Assembly (NCBI GenBank): GCA_030295235.1 | Contig: AP026167.1 | Coordinates: 310,001-374,000 of the forward strand | Origin: Fistulifera solaris | Taxonomy: Eukaryota | Direction of reading: 5' to 3' | Length of the DNA: 64,000 nt | In this document: one piece after another, positions 13,173 to 25,778 of the stretch | Position numbering within the stretch: position 1 is the stretch's first letter | How the letters are laid out: each line of letters begins with the position of its first letter | Made by a program: the position numbers and the translations under genes | The notes under the pieces: generated by a model | The model's input: only the letters and a program-made list of their open reading frames with translations | Databases searched by the model: none | What the model was told of the DNA's origin: nothing

Positions 13173-16100
13173 ATGGCAGCGATCAATGGAGAGCGGACGA
13201 TCGAAACGGATGATGATCCTTGTGACGCTTTGAGTGAACGCCTGACTGCACTACTCAACAAGAACAGTGCGTTCCGCTGGAGGCAGTACGATCCACTACC
13301 CATCAATACTGATGCCAAAGCCACTGATTTTCAATGGACTGTGCCCCTCATTTCGAGGGCCAACTGGACGATTTTAAAAGCTAAGTGCAAAGGACTCACC
13401 GAAAACGATATAAAAGCTCGTTGGCTATGGAAAGGCGGACAGCCATGGAGGTCTTCCCTTCAATTCTTTGCTGCAATGATCTTGTTTTCGATTGTTGTGG
13501 GGGTCTTTTGATGTCTCAGTTGTTGCTGGCGGCCTCTTCCAGTTTGATGTGGGTTATCTGGAAGTCGATGTCTTTACTCGTCGATTGGGAGGAAATATGC
13601 GTTACTTGGTGTCCCCTTTGCTTGCAAAAGCATGTACCAGGCAGTTTGAGAGCATCATTCGATTGGGTTGACGCAGTGCTCTTTGCTGGGAGACGATTTG
13701 TCGGCAGAGAATGGACGGACGAGGACATCCTCTGGGAACAACCTATACTACCACTGTTTTCGCTTGCGGAACGTTTTCCACCGAAGGATGGTTGGGAAAC
13801 ATCCATTCTGAAAGTGCCTCCTCCAGCGCTGAAACATCTCGGCCGTCGTCATTCACTGGAACCTCGCTTCGTTTGGACATGGATGAACCGTTCTCGGAAT
13901 GACCCCGATAAGGGAAACTTGAAGGGCTTTTACGGAACTAGTTGGTCCACCGCAGAACATGCTGTAGCGCTTCATTTTTGTTATTTCATGTTGTCTGACG
14001 AGCAGTTACACAACAAAGTGTCAAAAATGGCTGCTGGTACAGAGAAATGCAAGCAAGAGCAATCGACACTTCAGATTTTCCATGAGGTCCAAACACGCAT
14101 TGGCGAAGTCAACACCGATTCAAACGAATCATCAGAGAATTTAGATGAAAGGACAGCTCTGGGACGCTCACGCAAAAAAGAGCTCTCGAAACAAGTCGTT
14201 TCTCTACATCAGCCAGATTCTACCTCTGTAAAGTTCATTGACTCGCCGTGTCAAGGTGAAGCATTTGAAGTGAAAGTGGCGTCACCTGAATCCGGTGCAG
14301 ATCAGGAAGAAAAACCACGGCCCGAGCCATTTGCTATGATGCCACTCGAAGAACTGTCTCCCACGTCGAGGGGCTCAGTGCGATCAGAAATGTCAGATGT
14401 CGAAGCAGATTTACCGTGGATAGATGTTGGGGCCAAAATAGGAATGCGGTTTCTAAATGCTGCGCAAGCGCAGCGACGTGCTTCACCTGAAGATAACGCG
14501 GAAGTTTACAAGGTTGGCAGCACCAAACGGAATGGCGATGAGGAAGGGTCTACACCTGGGAGAAAGCAGTTGCACAAACCAATCCATCCGATGTGGACAT
14601 CCACCATGTCGGTTCCTCTTGGTAGCCCGTTGAACGAGGAGAAAAGCGACTCGCCGCTGGATAGCCCCAACTTGATGTTGCGTTCACCACCCCGCACCAA
14701 ACATGACAATACGGCCCCCTTTTCGCAATCGATTATTTTATCGATTGAGGACCAAGAAGAAGATCGCGATGCAATTGAACCGAATGTGACCGACCCAATC
14801 ATCATGCGTGATTCAAGCGATAGTAAATCAGCTTTTTCTGTCAACTACGTTATTCAAGAAGACGATATTGGAGTGGCTTTGTTGGCATCAGACAACGGCG
14901 ATGTCGAAGCCAGTCAAATTGAAGAACGACCATACCCTCACGTTCGTCGGCAGCCACTATCTGTTGGAGTTAAAGTGGCCATACCCATCACACCGTGTCA
15001 GCCTGGCACGAAGAATCGAATATCCTCATCTAAATGTCAGATGGGCACAGTTGTGCATAGTCAGCGCATTTTTGTGAGTAACAACAACACGCCGTGCAAC
15101 ATATCAGGAACAAATGCAATTTCGGTTACATGCAAGCTGGACCGTTGCTTTCTTCGCAATGGCGAGTTCTCAGAGCTAACCTTTCGCATAAAAGATGAAT
15201 GGAAGGACCGATACATGCCTCGACACTCTAAAGTACCTATTGGCTCTTGCGTTTCGACCTCGTTTGGTGTGGGAGTCCTTGTTGGCTGGAGATTTGAAGA
15301 CGATTGTCACGTCGTCAGGTGTTTATGGCAAAGGAGAGGGACGGGACCGCACATGCTTACATGAATCGTGATGCGATCCATGGAATCATTGAGGCGGCGG
15401 TCGGTTTTGAAGTCGGAACAGATAGTGGTGAAGGCGTGGTACTGGCTTGTGTGAAAGGCGGGACAACATTTGAGTCACCGAGGTTTCTTGTTGCACTTAC
15501 CGACGAAGGAAAGGGCAAAGGCAAGGTTATTGACGTAAGTCGTGAGGACATAAAACACTGTCATGGGGCTCAGTTCATTCCTGTGATTGAACATATCAGA
15601 GAAGCGGCGATTTTTCAACTCCAGATCGACACATACCGTGCAGCGCTCCGTGAACAAAGGCTAGAAGGGAATGCAGCAGATGATGATGACGACGATGATT
15701 TTGAAGATGATTTTGTCTGGGATTCGTGGTATAAATGCGTAGAAATTATCTGGCAAAGTTTTCTAAGGGCGGTTGATGAGAACAAGGAATTCGACGAAGG
15801 CTTGAATGAGTTTGTTTCTGACATAATTGTTTTTCTCGAAAGCCTGGAAGGAAAAGAAGGCGAGCATATCAATGATGAAGCGAAAGACGAAAATAACGAT
15901 AATTCGGATGAAGCTTTCATTAAGACACCCCTTAATCCTCCTGACTCTCGGTTTTGGCTAGTCAGCGAAGTACTTGGAGACCTTTTTGAAAAGGATGGGG
16001 GACAAGAGGTTGAGCTCGTGGATTCAGATCGTCAACCTTGTCGCCAATCAACAAGTGAAGCTAGAGACGGTAATAAGAAGCGCTATTTTGAGCGAGCTTT

Positions 16101-18738
16101 TGCGATAATCAAGGTCTTGATGAGAACCATATCGATTGCAAGAGCCGAAAGTGTAAATTTTCCGGTAAGTACTTCGCGCAGCGAACATGCCTTTACATGA
16201 CACAATCTAACATACCTTTACAATCAAAAGCGCTTTCGTCTTTTGCTTTCCATTACGTATGAGTTTCTAATTTTCTGCCGCACAGTGGTTAAGGTGCAAC
16301 AAAAGAATTCAGTACAATCCCTTGAGGTACGTATTTCTCAGTACAGATAGTATATTTAATGCCCTTTCTCACTGTCGGTTCAAGGTTTGGAAACGGGCAT
16401 GGCGTGAGATAGTGACGACTTTTGGTCCGATAAAGCGGCGGTTAGAGCGAATAGGCAAAGCTATGTTGCACAAAATGGAAACTCAAGGTAGAAAAGCGAA
16501 GACGCAGCTCAGTAAGTTATTCACGTTACTTCTGCACGATGAAAGGCTGTTGGTCGCCATTGAACATGGTGATTGGACAAGGTGTGTAACTCAAATTGAG
16601 TCGGCGTTACTAAGAGCTATGATTATTGAGGAGAAAAGTGTGACTTTCTACCGAAAGACGATTTCATTCATCGTGAAGAATATTCAATCGGTCTTAACCA
16701 AGGATAGTGAGGCAGCCAATAGAAACAATGCAAAACTGATATTGTTTCTCAAAGCAATCCAATCCCTAGCCTCTCCGCGGAGAACGCTTTTAAAATTTCT
16801 GACGCGCAATGACATTATGGAGTTCTTGGAAAGAATTCTCGTGCGCACCTATTACCGCGAAGATGCTGTCACTCGCATGCTAAATATCCATGCTTCAAAC
16901 TTCACCTCAATGCGTCATCTTCGAATGCTGAAAGACTTTTCGGTGGCTGGTCGTATTTGGATTCCGCTTCTCGACGCAGCAGATGAAGAATGCTCATACT
17001 TGGTATCACACCTTCCTGAAAATTCGAAAGAATTCATGTGTCCAATATCCAGTCTTTTCTCTTTGTGCGTGGCCCAATTTCATAAGATTAACGCTGGCGA
17101 TCTTTCTAAGGACTGGCTGGAATTCCTTCTAGAAGAAGATTCGGCCCGCATCATTCAGGATCTTGATATGAAGCTAATTCTATCGTTAGAGTCGTTTTCG
17201 AAGGACGTGAGGGAAATGCTTGATGTTCTCCCTTATTATTCAAGGTAAGCAACTATTCGAAGTGAATCAACGACTATTCCGTGGTCACTCATGCGATAAC
17301 GTCACGATCCAAGCATCGACGATGATTTTTTGAATTTGATAGATGAGGTCGATCTCGAACAACTACTGAAGGATGCCTCAAAAGCCATGGACGAATCTGA
17401 TGACTTCTCCCAATTTCTACGCGAAAAGGTGACGATCGCAATTGAAAGATTCTTGGTAAGTCCATCACTACAGAAAACGTATTTCCGTTTCAGCACTCTA
17501 AAAACGTTTCAACTTTGAAATGAAAAAAGAATTACCTGCCGAAGCTTTCGATCCCTGTAGAGCGTAGAGATCTTGGCGGTGAATTAGAGGGATGGATTCT
17601 GACTTGCCGAGGCGAAAACGGCGGTGATTTAACTCTTTCCGATGTGAATATTCGTCGAGAAAATTTGGTTTGTCAGGTCATGGGCGGTGAATCAATATTT
17701 TTTCCTATGTTCGGTGATAACGAAGACGCCACCTCGGTGGCTTCCTCGATCATCCCACAGGAAGGCTATGATCCGTCCGCTGTATACATTGAAGAATCAA
17801 TCCTCGATGAGGTACGCGAACTTATTCTCCAAGCTCAGCGGCATGGTTGCTGGAAGGTCGGAGTTGGTGGGATTGGCCAGGTAAGTCTGACTACAACGGC
17901 ATCGGCAAGCTGTAGGGCTTGACTGATATTCGCTTGTTGCAGCCTGCTTCGGATAAATACGTTGCCTCTGTACTCCAAGATCTCCCTATTTCCTCTGTTC
18001 TTAATTGTGGCATCGAGCTTTGGAGAAATTTGGAAATCGACGACGATGAGTTAATGGAAATTGCCATCCGTGATGTTTCGTACCAAATCGAATTGCACAA
18101 AGACGCGGTGGACCCCCGTAACCCTGATGAGCTCAATCATTTGGGACAAATAGACTCAACACTGCCTCTAGAAGATCGCAACACAACTTCTAACGAGCCA
18201 CAGAAGGGAATACGGCTTAGTCGATTCAATCCTCGCATTGACCCTACAATTCTTTTCTTAGACATGAAGAACCTCAAGTTACATCTGGATAATTTCTTCT
18301 TCCGAATTGAAAAGAAAAAAGAACCGTACTATCTTTGATCCAGTTTTCGAAGGAAGGGGTATGGTGTCATTGCAAAACTTGTCTATTCGCCTTCGAATAG
18401 AATGCGCCAAGGATAGAGTTGATCATTACAACAACAAAGGGAAAAACTGCTCCCCTGTACTACATCTGCGCGAGCTTCACGTCAAGCTGGAAAAGATTAA
18501 ACTAAGGATTAGAGATACTGGTTTCGGATCTGACTGGGTTTTGAACCAAGCTGTTCACGTTTTCCAGGAAGCAATCACAAAAGTTGTCGAGGATAATTTA
18601 AAGGAGCAAATAGAGCTTCATATCAAGAAGACCATGGATATCGCAAACGCCTACTTTGTTACAAATCCGCAAGTGTTTCTGAATCTTCTGGGGATTTCTC
18701 TTGACGATCTTGACGACGACAACATAGTGTGGGTTTAG
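13173..18738 (+). CDS. Large multi-exon hypothetical protein: N-terminal TM segment, disordered middle, short beta-rich repeats, helical region, BPI/TULIP-like C-terminus (tentative)
   Basis: Contiguous same-strand ORFs 13173-13511, 13385-15364, 15304-16200, 16322-17248, 17330-17518, 17644-17922, 17919-18338 and 18307-18738, joined by GT..AG introns (donors near 16166, 16327, 17245, 17456, 17881) and single-base shifts. Confidence 0.6.
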
Positions 18739-19065
18739 GTAGGAAGGATAAATGAATTTTTTACTTAGGATCTACGTGAAACCATTTGGAAAAATAAGGA
18801 ATGTATGAAACAAGAAGCTATCGGCTACGCTGCAGCAGATGTTTGGCATATAAACCAAGAGGATGTGGTCTTGCTTCTACGCAGAGCCCACGAGCAGTAT
18901 GCGCTCCACTTTGTCGCCGCAGTCGATTAAAGAAGAGTGAATAATTCGAATCAGCATGATGGTGGAGTAAGTCGTGTCTTTCGTCGACGAGAGGAGAACA
19001 TGCGAAAAAATATTCTTCCATACCAAACTGTTTGGTTTTGATGCTCTTTCCATTTTTCTTTGATA

Positions 19066-19551
19066 TTATTTGTTGATCGCTTGTGATAGCTGCAAGTTCG
19101 GCACTGTCGCGCTGTCGTCGCTATAATAGAGAGTTGTTCGCAATTGCTCGATTGCATCGACATCAGCGTAATTTTTGCTTGCGTCTCCCTTGCCAATTCC
19201 CCGTCTGATTAGGAGTGCCAGTCGACTTTGCGATGACAGCCGAGCTACTGGTCTTTTGGGTATATTATCGCTATCAATGCCATTCAAGTCAAACTCTTCG
19301 CTTTGTCCGATGCTGTCCCAATCTAGAGTAATGGGCAATCCACCGGAGCAGGATGGATTATCTCCCAGTATGAGTGGATAGCTACGAACACGAACCTTTC
19401 CAAAAGAAACCGACTTTGACTGGCCATGCGTTTCCCCAGTGGAAGAATCACTGTGGTTTGACACGTCCCAGTCCTTGGAAGACAGGTCTGGGGAAAAGGT
19501 GTGACCGGATACATCGAGAAACTCGCATGATACAATTTGAGACGGAGCCAT
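19066..19551 (-). CDS. Small protein with VSF..V.VR.Y...LGDNPSCS.G.PI.LDW motif (CSRNP-N-like motif seen in many diatom proteins)
   Basis: KSVSFGKVRVRSYPLILGDNPSCSGGLPITLDWD within ORF 19066-19938; likely ATG at 19551. Confidence 0.6.
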   Translation of the reverse strand: MAPSQIVSCEFLDVSGHTFSPDLSSKDWDVSNHSDSSTGETHGQSKSVSFGKVRVRSYPLILGDNPSCSGGLPITLDWDSIGQSEEFDLNGIDSDNIPKRPVARLSSQSRLALLIRRGIGKGDASKNYADVDAIEQLRTTLYYSDDSATVPNLQLSQAINK

Positions 19552-19752
19552 TTCAAGTTCTTGGAGTAAACGATAGGATCCCACAAGGCGCAGCCGACAG
19601 CACAACGTATGAGCAGTTTCACAAAGAATTGTCACGAAAAATGGCGAAAAATATAGCGTAACGCGTAAACAAGTCTTCAATACCTTAAAATCAATTACTC
19701 CGTACTCCGTATCAAAAGACTTTATGACGGACAACTGGCTGCATGAAAGGTG

Positions 19753-19803
19753 GAAAGTAGAAAGTGAAAAGTGAAGAGTGAACAGTGAAGAGTGAAGAAT
19801 GAG
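19753..19803 (+). repeat. Imperfect 7-bp tandem repeat (AAGAGTG-like)
   Basis: gaaagtagaaagtgaaaagtgaagagtgaacagtgaagagtgaagaatgag, read directly. Confidence 0.7.
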
Positions 19804-21010
19804 AAGAACTGCTCGTTGCTCTTGGCTCGTGGCCCCCTGCTCCATGCTTGCAAGGCGGCATGACGCATGACTGCTTGACAACTTCAAGGTGATCAAGGAA
19901 ATACCGAGTACTGTCACAATCATGCCAGGTAAAGACATAAATCATACGGAGTAAATAAAGACAGACGTCATCCGCATCATTAGTCTTGCCTTAGCTTTAT
20001 AGTCCAGGAAGTAAGAAGTGCCTTACCCCGTACATCACATCATAGTAAAAAAAATAGCCAATAGACATAAACTGGTAGACTTCACACTTCACACTACACT
20101 ACAGACTCCAACCATTTTTATCAATTTTTATTGTTCCTTATCCATTCACCTCACTCATTCTTCGTTTCTGAAGATTTCTCCGAAGAAGAACAAGTAGTGA
20201 CCAAACAAAAAAACAGATCCGTTTCAAGTTTCAAATAGACGACTCCAGTCAATACACGGGTGATCATTGAATGCCAATAGCCAATCCCGTTCTCCCTAAA
20301 ATTTGGCACGTGGCAAGAATTTTATGCTTTATGCTTTGTGCTGCTTGCAGCTTGCAAGCAGCTCCGTATTAGTAAGTGTGAGACCGAAGAACAAAGCCCA
20401 GTGCCAAAACGGGCCTTGCCTGTGTTGTGTGGTTTCTAGAGACCTGGATCAAAACTTAAAACTTGAGCATGAAGCATGAAGCAAATAGATACGATTCACG
20501 GTTTATGTTCGTGTTCTATTTTAAATAATGTTGATCGTTGATCTCTGCCTGAATCCTGAATGTGAGAATGAAAGAGTGACAAGAGACAAAACGCTTGTAA
20601 AAGTTAAAGACAAGGATTTCTTCAGTTTACGTCTGTTGATGTGCCATGTGCTGTGTGCTGTCTCCCATTGTGCCTTTGGTAAAGAACGGTAGTTTGGTAC
20701 CAAACATTATTAGCTATGCGACACCAACCGGCAACCGGCATCCCACTGTCACGACATGGAGACGGCGGATATGTCTACGTCATCCTTCCGGACGGCGTGT
20801 GTGCCATGTGCCGGAATGCACGACATTATTTCATTGTTGCTCATCACTCGTAACAAAATCAGGAGTCCCTCGCAATCCTCCCTTTATGGATCATCTTCAA
20901 CCAAACACTTAGTTTATAGTGCCGTAGACGCTCCAGCGGGATTTTTAGACAGAATACGAGTAGAGGACGAGATTTGAGAGCATCCCAGCGTGCTGAAACC
21001 GTAAACCACG

Positions 21011-23147
21011 ATGAGGTGCCATTCCTTAGCATTCAGCTTTCTCATCTTAGCAAATGGGACGACTTTTGCATTTAGGCCACCTTTATCGGTGCTCAAACGA
21101 AGCAGAACCCCATATCGCATGGCTTCCGACTCGCCCGAAGATCCAGAATCGGAATTATTCGACTTTCTTAAGTCGATCGTAGAGCGACCGATCGATTGGA
21201 ATGTCAACGAGCCAGGGAAGTCGCCGTTTGGGTTTGATAAAAATGCTGAGCTGTGGAATGGTCGCATCGCTCAGGTGAGCTTATTGGAGTCGTCAGCTGC
21301 TGGTCAAGAGTGCATGGAACTCACTTCTTTTATTCGCATCAGATTTCCTTCGTATGGATCTTCTTACAAGAGTGGATTCAGGGGAAAGGTGTCTTACAAT
21401 CCATTGTAGAGGGCGACTTGGCGAGTAATATCTCACTGGAAGTGGTTTGTCTCATGTTGCTGTTTGTGAGTTTTCAATTCTGCATGCTGCCCTTCGAGCA
21501 AAACGTAAAGATTCGCGTCCCTCGAGAGTGGCTCGACAACCCCGCCATTTTGCAAAACTTATCCCGTCCACCCAATAGACCGCAACGACCGCAACGAAAG
21601 GAATTCAAAAAGCCCGACGTGAGAAAATGGAACTTGAATGGAGAAAATAAAGCACCATATGGTATGGATGTCAATGCCGAGGTCTGGAATGGACGAGTTG
21701 CCATGGTACGTAAACGAACATTAAATACATCGTCAAGTCATTTCGTCATTCGCACTCAATCTCTTGACAGGTCTGTTTTGCGTGGGTGTTTTTACAGGAA
21801 TGGATACAAGATAAAGGTCTGTTAATTGGATTAGAAGAAAAGCATGGACCGAGTGAAGCGGCACTGCTCTTGTTTATTATTGGACTCGGCGGCTTTATTA
21901 CCTATCTACACAACATGTTTTCCTTGGAGGCCGAAGCGTATCGAAAATCGCGATTACCACCCACAACAGAGGCACCAAAGTCATTTAGCCCTGTCGCGAG
22001 CAGAACATTCGAGTTTGGTCAAACGACCGGTAGAATGCCAGCATTGCATGGTCAACCAAGTTCACCGCCAAGTGTTCCACCCAACAATGTGCTCAGGCAA
22101 CCAATGGCGGGAAGCTATTCATCTCCTAATGGATCTTATGCACCAAATATGCCACCAGTAAGTTTTAGGCAACAGCCTAGACTGGGCAGTAACGCACCTA
22201 GACCAAATACGACACAGACGAACTTGAGGCAGCCAGGAACTCTCGAGAGAAAATTGCCGCAGACAGTGGATCAGACTAGACCCTATTTTCAACAATCATC
22301 ACTACCACCTCCAACCTCATTTAGACGCAATCCACCACCTCCGGTCTACGGCCACGCTGCGCCCTCTTCGACGCCTCTCAATGCACCTATGCAGCAAAGT
22401 ACCGATAACGATGTTTATCAACCCATTCAGCAACAACAATATGCAAGACAAGGGATGCAACCATCCGGCACTTCCTGGCTATATAGGTCTCCCAGCAATT
22501 CTGGAGTACCTCCTCGAGCTTATGATCCTCCTTCCGCTCCAACGGCAGCCCCGTTGCAAAAGTCGATGATCCAGTCATACGAGGAGTCATTAAGAACTAT
22601 GACGAAAGAACCAACTACTCTTAAAGCAGCAACAAATCAACAGGGACTACCATATCAAGCTCCTTCAAACTCTGATCAACCGCGTGTTTGGCCCAATGTA
22701 CCTGACATTGTCACGCCACCACGTATGCAACTCTTTAAATCGGATGCACTTTCATCCGCTGCCAAAGGTGACCCTTCCTTGCTGGACCAGGTCGAGCCAA
22801 CGCTTCCAATGAGATCGAGTGCGGACATTGTACCACCGGAGATTAAGCCTGGTGTCCGTCCTTTCCCGAAGCCCGAGCCGTTTGCATTCAGTCCTGACAA
22901 CCCAATCGCACAACTGGGAAAATATTCTTATGAACAATCTAGGGCTGATTATAATATTCAGCAATCTGTAGGCGATAAGTCGACAAGCGCCTCATCTCCA
23001 CCAGAGAATACGTGTTTTGATAAAACGGAAGAGAAGCGGCGGCACCGAATCCGATGCCATACTCCACAGAAGAATATGCACCTCGCTACCAGCCTTCACC
23101 TTACAACATGCCTCATAAAGGCCGTAGATCTTATCTCGACACGTTAG
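21011..23147 (+). CDS. Plastid-targeted LHC-like protein (HLIP/OHP/SEP-type chlorophyll-binding motif, duplicated) with long Pro/Gln-rich tail; introns 21275-21342 and 21706-21770
   Basis: Signal peptide ending TFA|FRP. Spliced motifs GFDKNAELWNGRIAQ|ISFVWIFLQEWIQGKG and GMDVNAEVWNGRVAM|VCFAWVFLQEWIQDKG (ExxNGRxA). The 3' end may be affected by an indel. Confidence 0.75.
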
Positions 23148-23374
23148 GCCCTTCGTGAGCAACTAGCATGCTCCAACAAAATTGCTACGAATCAAATCGC
23201 TAACTACTCCAGAGCAGTGATTAGAACGCTCTCACAAATGCTTTTCAAAGCATTTTGAGCGATCAAATGAAACGAATGCTTCTATGAACATGACATAATC
23301 TTTAATCCCTTTAGATAGACGCATTATTGCATGCCACACAGCGAAGTGACTAAAGTTTTGAAGTTCGCCACGTT

Positions 23375-23991
23375 TTATACGGATCCTGTTGGCTTGCCAG
23401 CAATGCTGACAAGATTGATGCAGTACCGATTTCCTTTGCCATCAGGAAGATTGTGCCCCAGGTGAGTACCATCCAAAGACACTGTCTCTCCCGAATTCCT
23501 CAAAACACGAACGTTCTCCCACACCACCTCGTCATCCCGAAACGAAGGCCATCCGTGTTTTCGAGATTCTTTGACAAAATCTTCCGCGGATCGATTCTTG
23601 GGCGCGACGAACAGTGGCTTTCCTGTAACGGAATCATAAAAGGTAATGGGGCCCTGCGCATTCAAGACGGTGTCTTCAAAACTGGTCTTTTGAAAGTAGC
23701 CACCGAGTTCCGCAAATCGACGATTATAATTGCAGATCCGATCCGCGAGTTGCTTATCGACGCCATACAAAAGATCCGACTGCACCGGAGCCGCCGATGT
23801 CCCGTGCTCTTTCTGCACCATGATGGATTCATCACCGTATCGAATCTGGCCACCCACAGCGTTTGCGGGTGCCGTCGCACCAAGAAAACAGCGGCACCAC
23901 TAGATTGAAAAAAGGCACGACGCGAAATGTCGCTGCCGGACCAAGCCAGAATCGATGGAAGGAAAAGAAAAAGCGTAGGAAGAATTCTCAT
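23375..23991 (-). CDS. MsrB/SelR-like methionine sulfoxide reductase protein, probably plastid/thylakoid-targeted (frameshift near 23870)
   Basis: HGWPSFRD, GTHLGHNLPD and RYCINLVSI motifs; N-terminal signal peptide followed by SRRAFF (ORF 23662-23991). Confidence 0.8.
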
Positions 23992-24783
23992 TGCGAGGAA
24001 GAGCAGTTCAGTGCCTTTTTCAACTAGCTGTTCAAACGCACGGTAAGTAGAAATATTATTGAAAATGCGACGTCCCTTTAGACTTGCTACAAGTACTTGT
24101 AGACTCTATTCATTCATCATGTTGCCATTTTGTTGCAGTTATTCTTGCCGAGAATGATGCCAATAAGAGTGAGTCACTGCCTTACTATCAATCCAAAATG
24201 TATACGATCTTTTCTCACGACTGGATTCCTGTCTCGAGTCATGAACTTGTTGATTTGGAAATGGAAAACTGTACCAGGTACCAGTAGTCAATAGCAGCAT
24301 ACTTTGTATTCAACCAACAAAATGTAAGGGGCTGCATACAATAATTTATTATCGAAGAGAAAACCTTCAACACTCAACACCGTGATTCAGTAACGGGGCT
24401 GAATTCTCACACCCAGTGAATAGTGAGTGGAGTGAGTCGTCCTCTGAGTTCGAAACAAGTTGTCACGCCTGCATTCTACCTGGTACTCCACTGTACTTTG
24501 TACTCCTTACCGGTACCAGTACCAGGTACCTGATACTGGTAAAAAAATAAGTGTGGATGAAATGAGAACCTTCCCCTTACTGTAGAAAAGTTCAAGTTAA
24601 AAATTGAACTGATGGTGCGGGAAAATGCCAAGTCGACATCAGCCATCAGCCGGAAAAGCCGATCGGAAGGCAACGACGAGCAACGTGTGTCGTAAACGCT
24701 CAAGAAAATCATACTCTTCCTCAATCTTTCCACAAAAAGGTCGCAACAGCTACTATTTTGAAAGTTGTGTGTTTGGTTTCAGA

Positions 24784-25702
24784 ATGAAAAGCCGCTTCCT
24801 TTTTATTGCCTGGTTGGCAGTGACAACGACCGCTTTCTCGCCATCGCTAATCAACAAAAAAGCTTCTCCACTCATATTGGAAGCGAAGAAAAAGAACGGG
24901 AAATCGAAAGGAAGCAGCTCTCCGGCAAAATCATCCAAAGGATTTGGATCGAAACCGGTAATAAAGGCGGAGATCCGCCTTTCACAAGAGGAAGCTGCTC
25001 GCAACCTGTTGTCCTACCGCTTGTCACTGGAAGCGAAGCTTCGTGCCAGAAAGAACATTGGCCCTCAATCTACCCCGAAGGTCTCCTTAAAGCTTCCTTC
25101 TCGCGACCCCGTCAAAGAGGAAAACTTCGCTCGTAGTTTACTGGCGTCCCGCTTGGCCCTAGAAGCTTTGATTCGAGCCAGAATTGTCAAAGATGTAGGC
25201 CCCAAGCCCACACCCAAGACCGCCATCGAGCTTCCTCCTCGTGACTCGATCAAAGAAGAAAAAAAGCGCTCGTAGTCTGCTAGCATCTCGCTTGGAATTG
25301 GAAGCTTTGATTCGATCCAGAATTGTCAAAGATGTAGGCCCCAAGCCCACACCCAAGACCGCCATCGAGCTTCCTCCTCGTGATACTGTGAAAGAAGAGA
25401 AAAACGCTCGTAGTCTTTTGGCATCTCGCCTCACATTGGAAAAAGCTGCAGCAGAAACCAAACGAAAACGCGAACAGGAGAACCGACAACGCGGTATTTT
25501 GAGTTATCGACTGGCGATTCAATCCAAAGCATGGGAAGTTGAGAGAGCCAAGCTAGAGGCAGCTGCTGCTTTACGAAAAGCTCGACAGCAGCCCAAAGCT
25601 CCACAGGAGGAACAAATTCTAGCAAACAAATACAAGGCTATTGAGTGCATCGAGGAGAGAGCTTTCACTATTCTGATGGACCTAGGAATGGTCGGAGTTT
25701 AA
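24784..25702 (+). CDS. Putative plastid-targeted protein with ~46-aa tandem repeats and C-terminal ERAFTILMDLGMV motif (frameshift in A-run near 25262)
   Basis: MKSRFLFIAWLAVTTTA|FSP presequence; repeated ARSLLASRL.LEA..R.R units. Confidence 0.7.
24997..25440 (+). repeat. Coding tandem repeat, period ~132-139 bp (three full copies plus a partial fourth)
   Basis: Unit starts at 24997, 25129, 25268 and 25406; copies 2 and 3 are nearly identical (gaagctttgattcga..ccagaattgtcaaagatgtaggccccaagcccacacccaagaccgccatcgagcttcctcctcgtga). Confidence 0.9.
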
Positions 25703-25778
25703 ATTTGTTTACAAACAAACACATAATTGATAAAGAAATAATAGGCTACTGCTTCACGCTAAATTTATTTTGTAAAAT

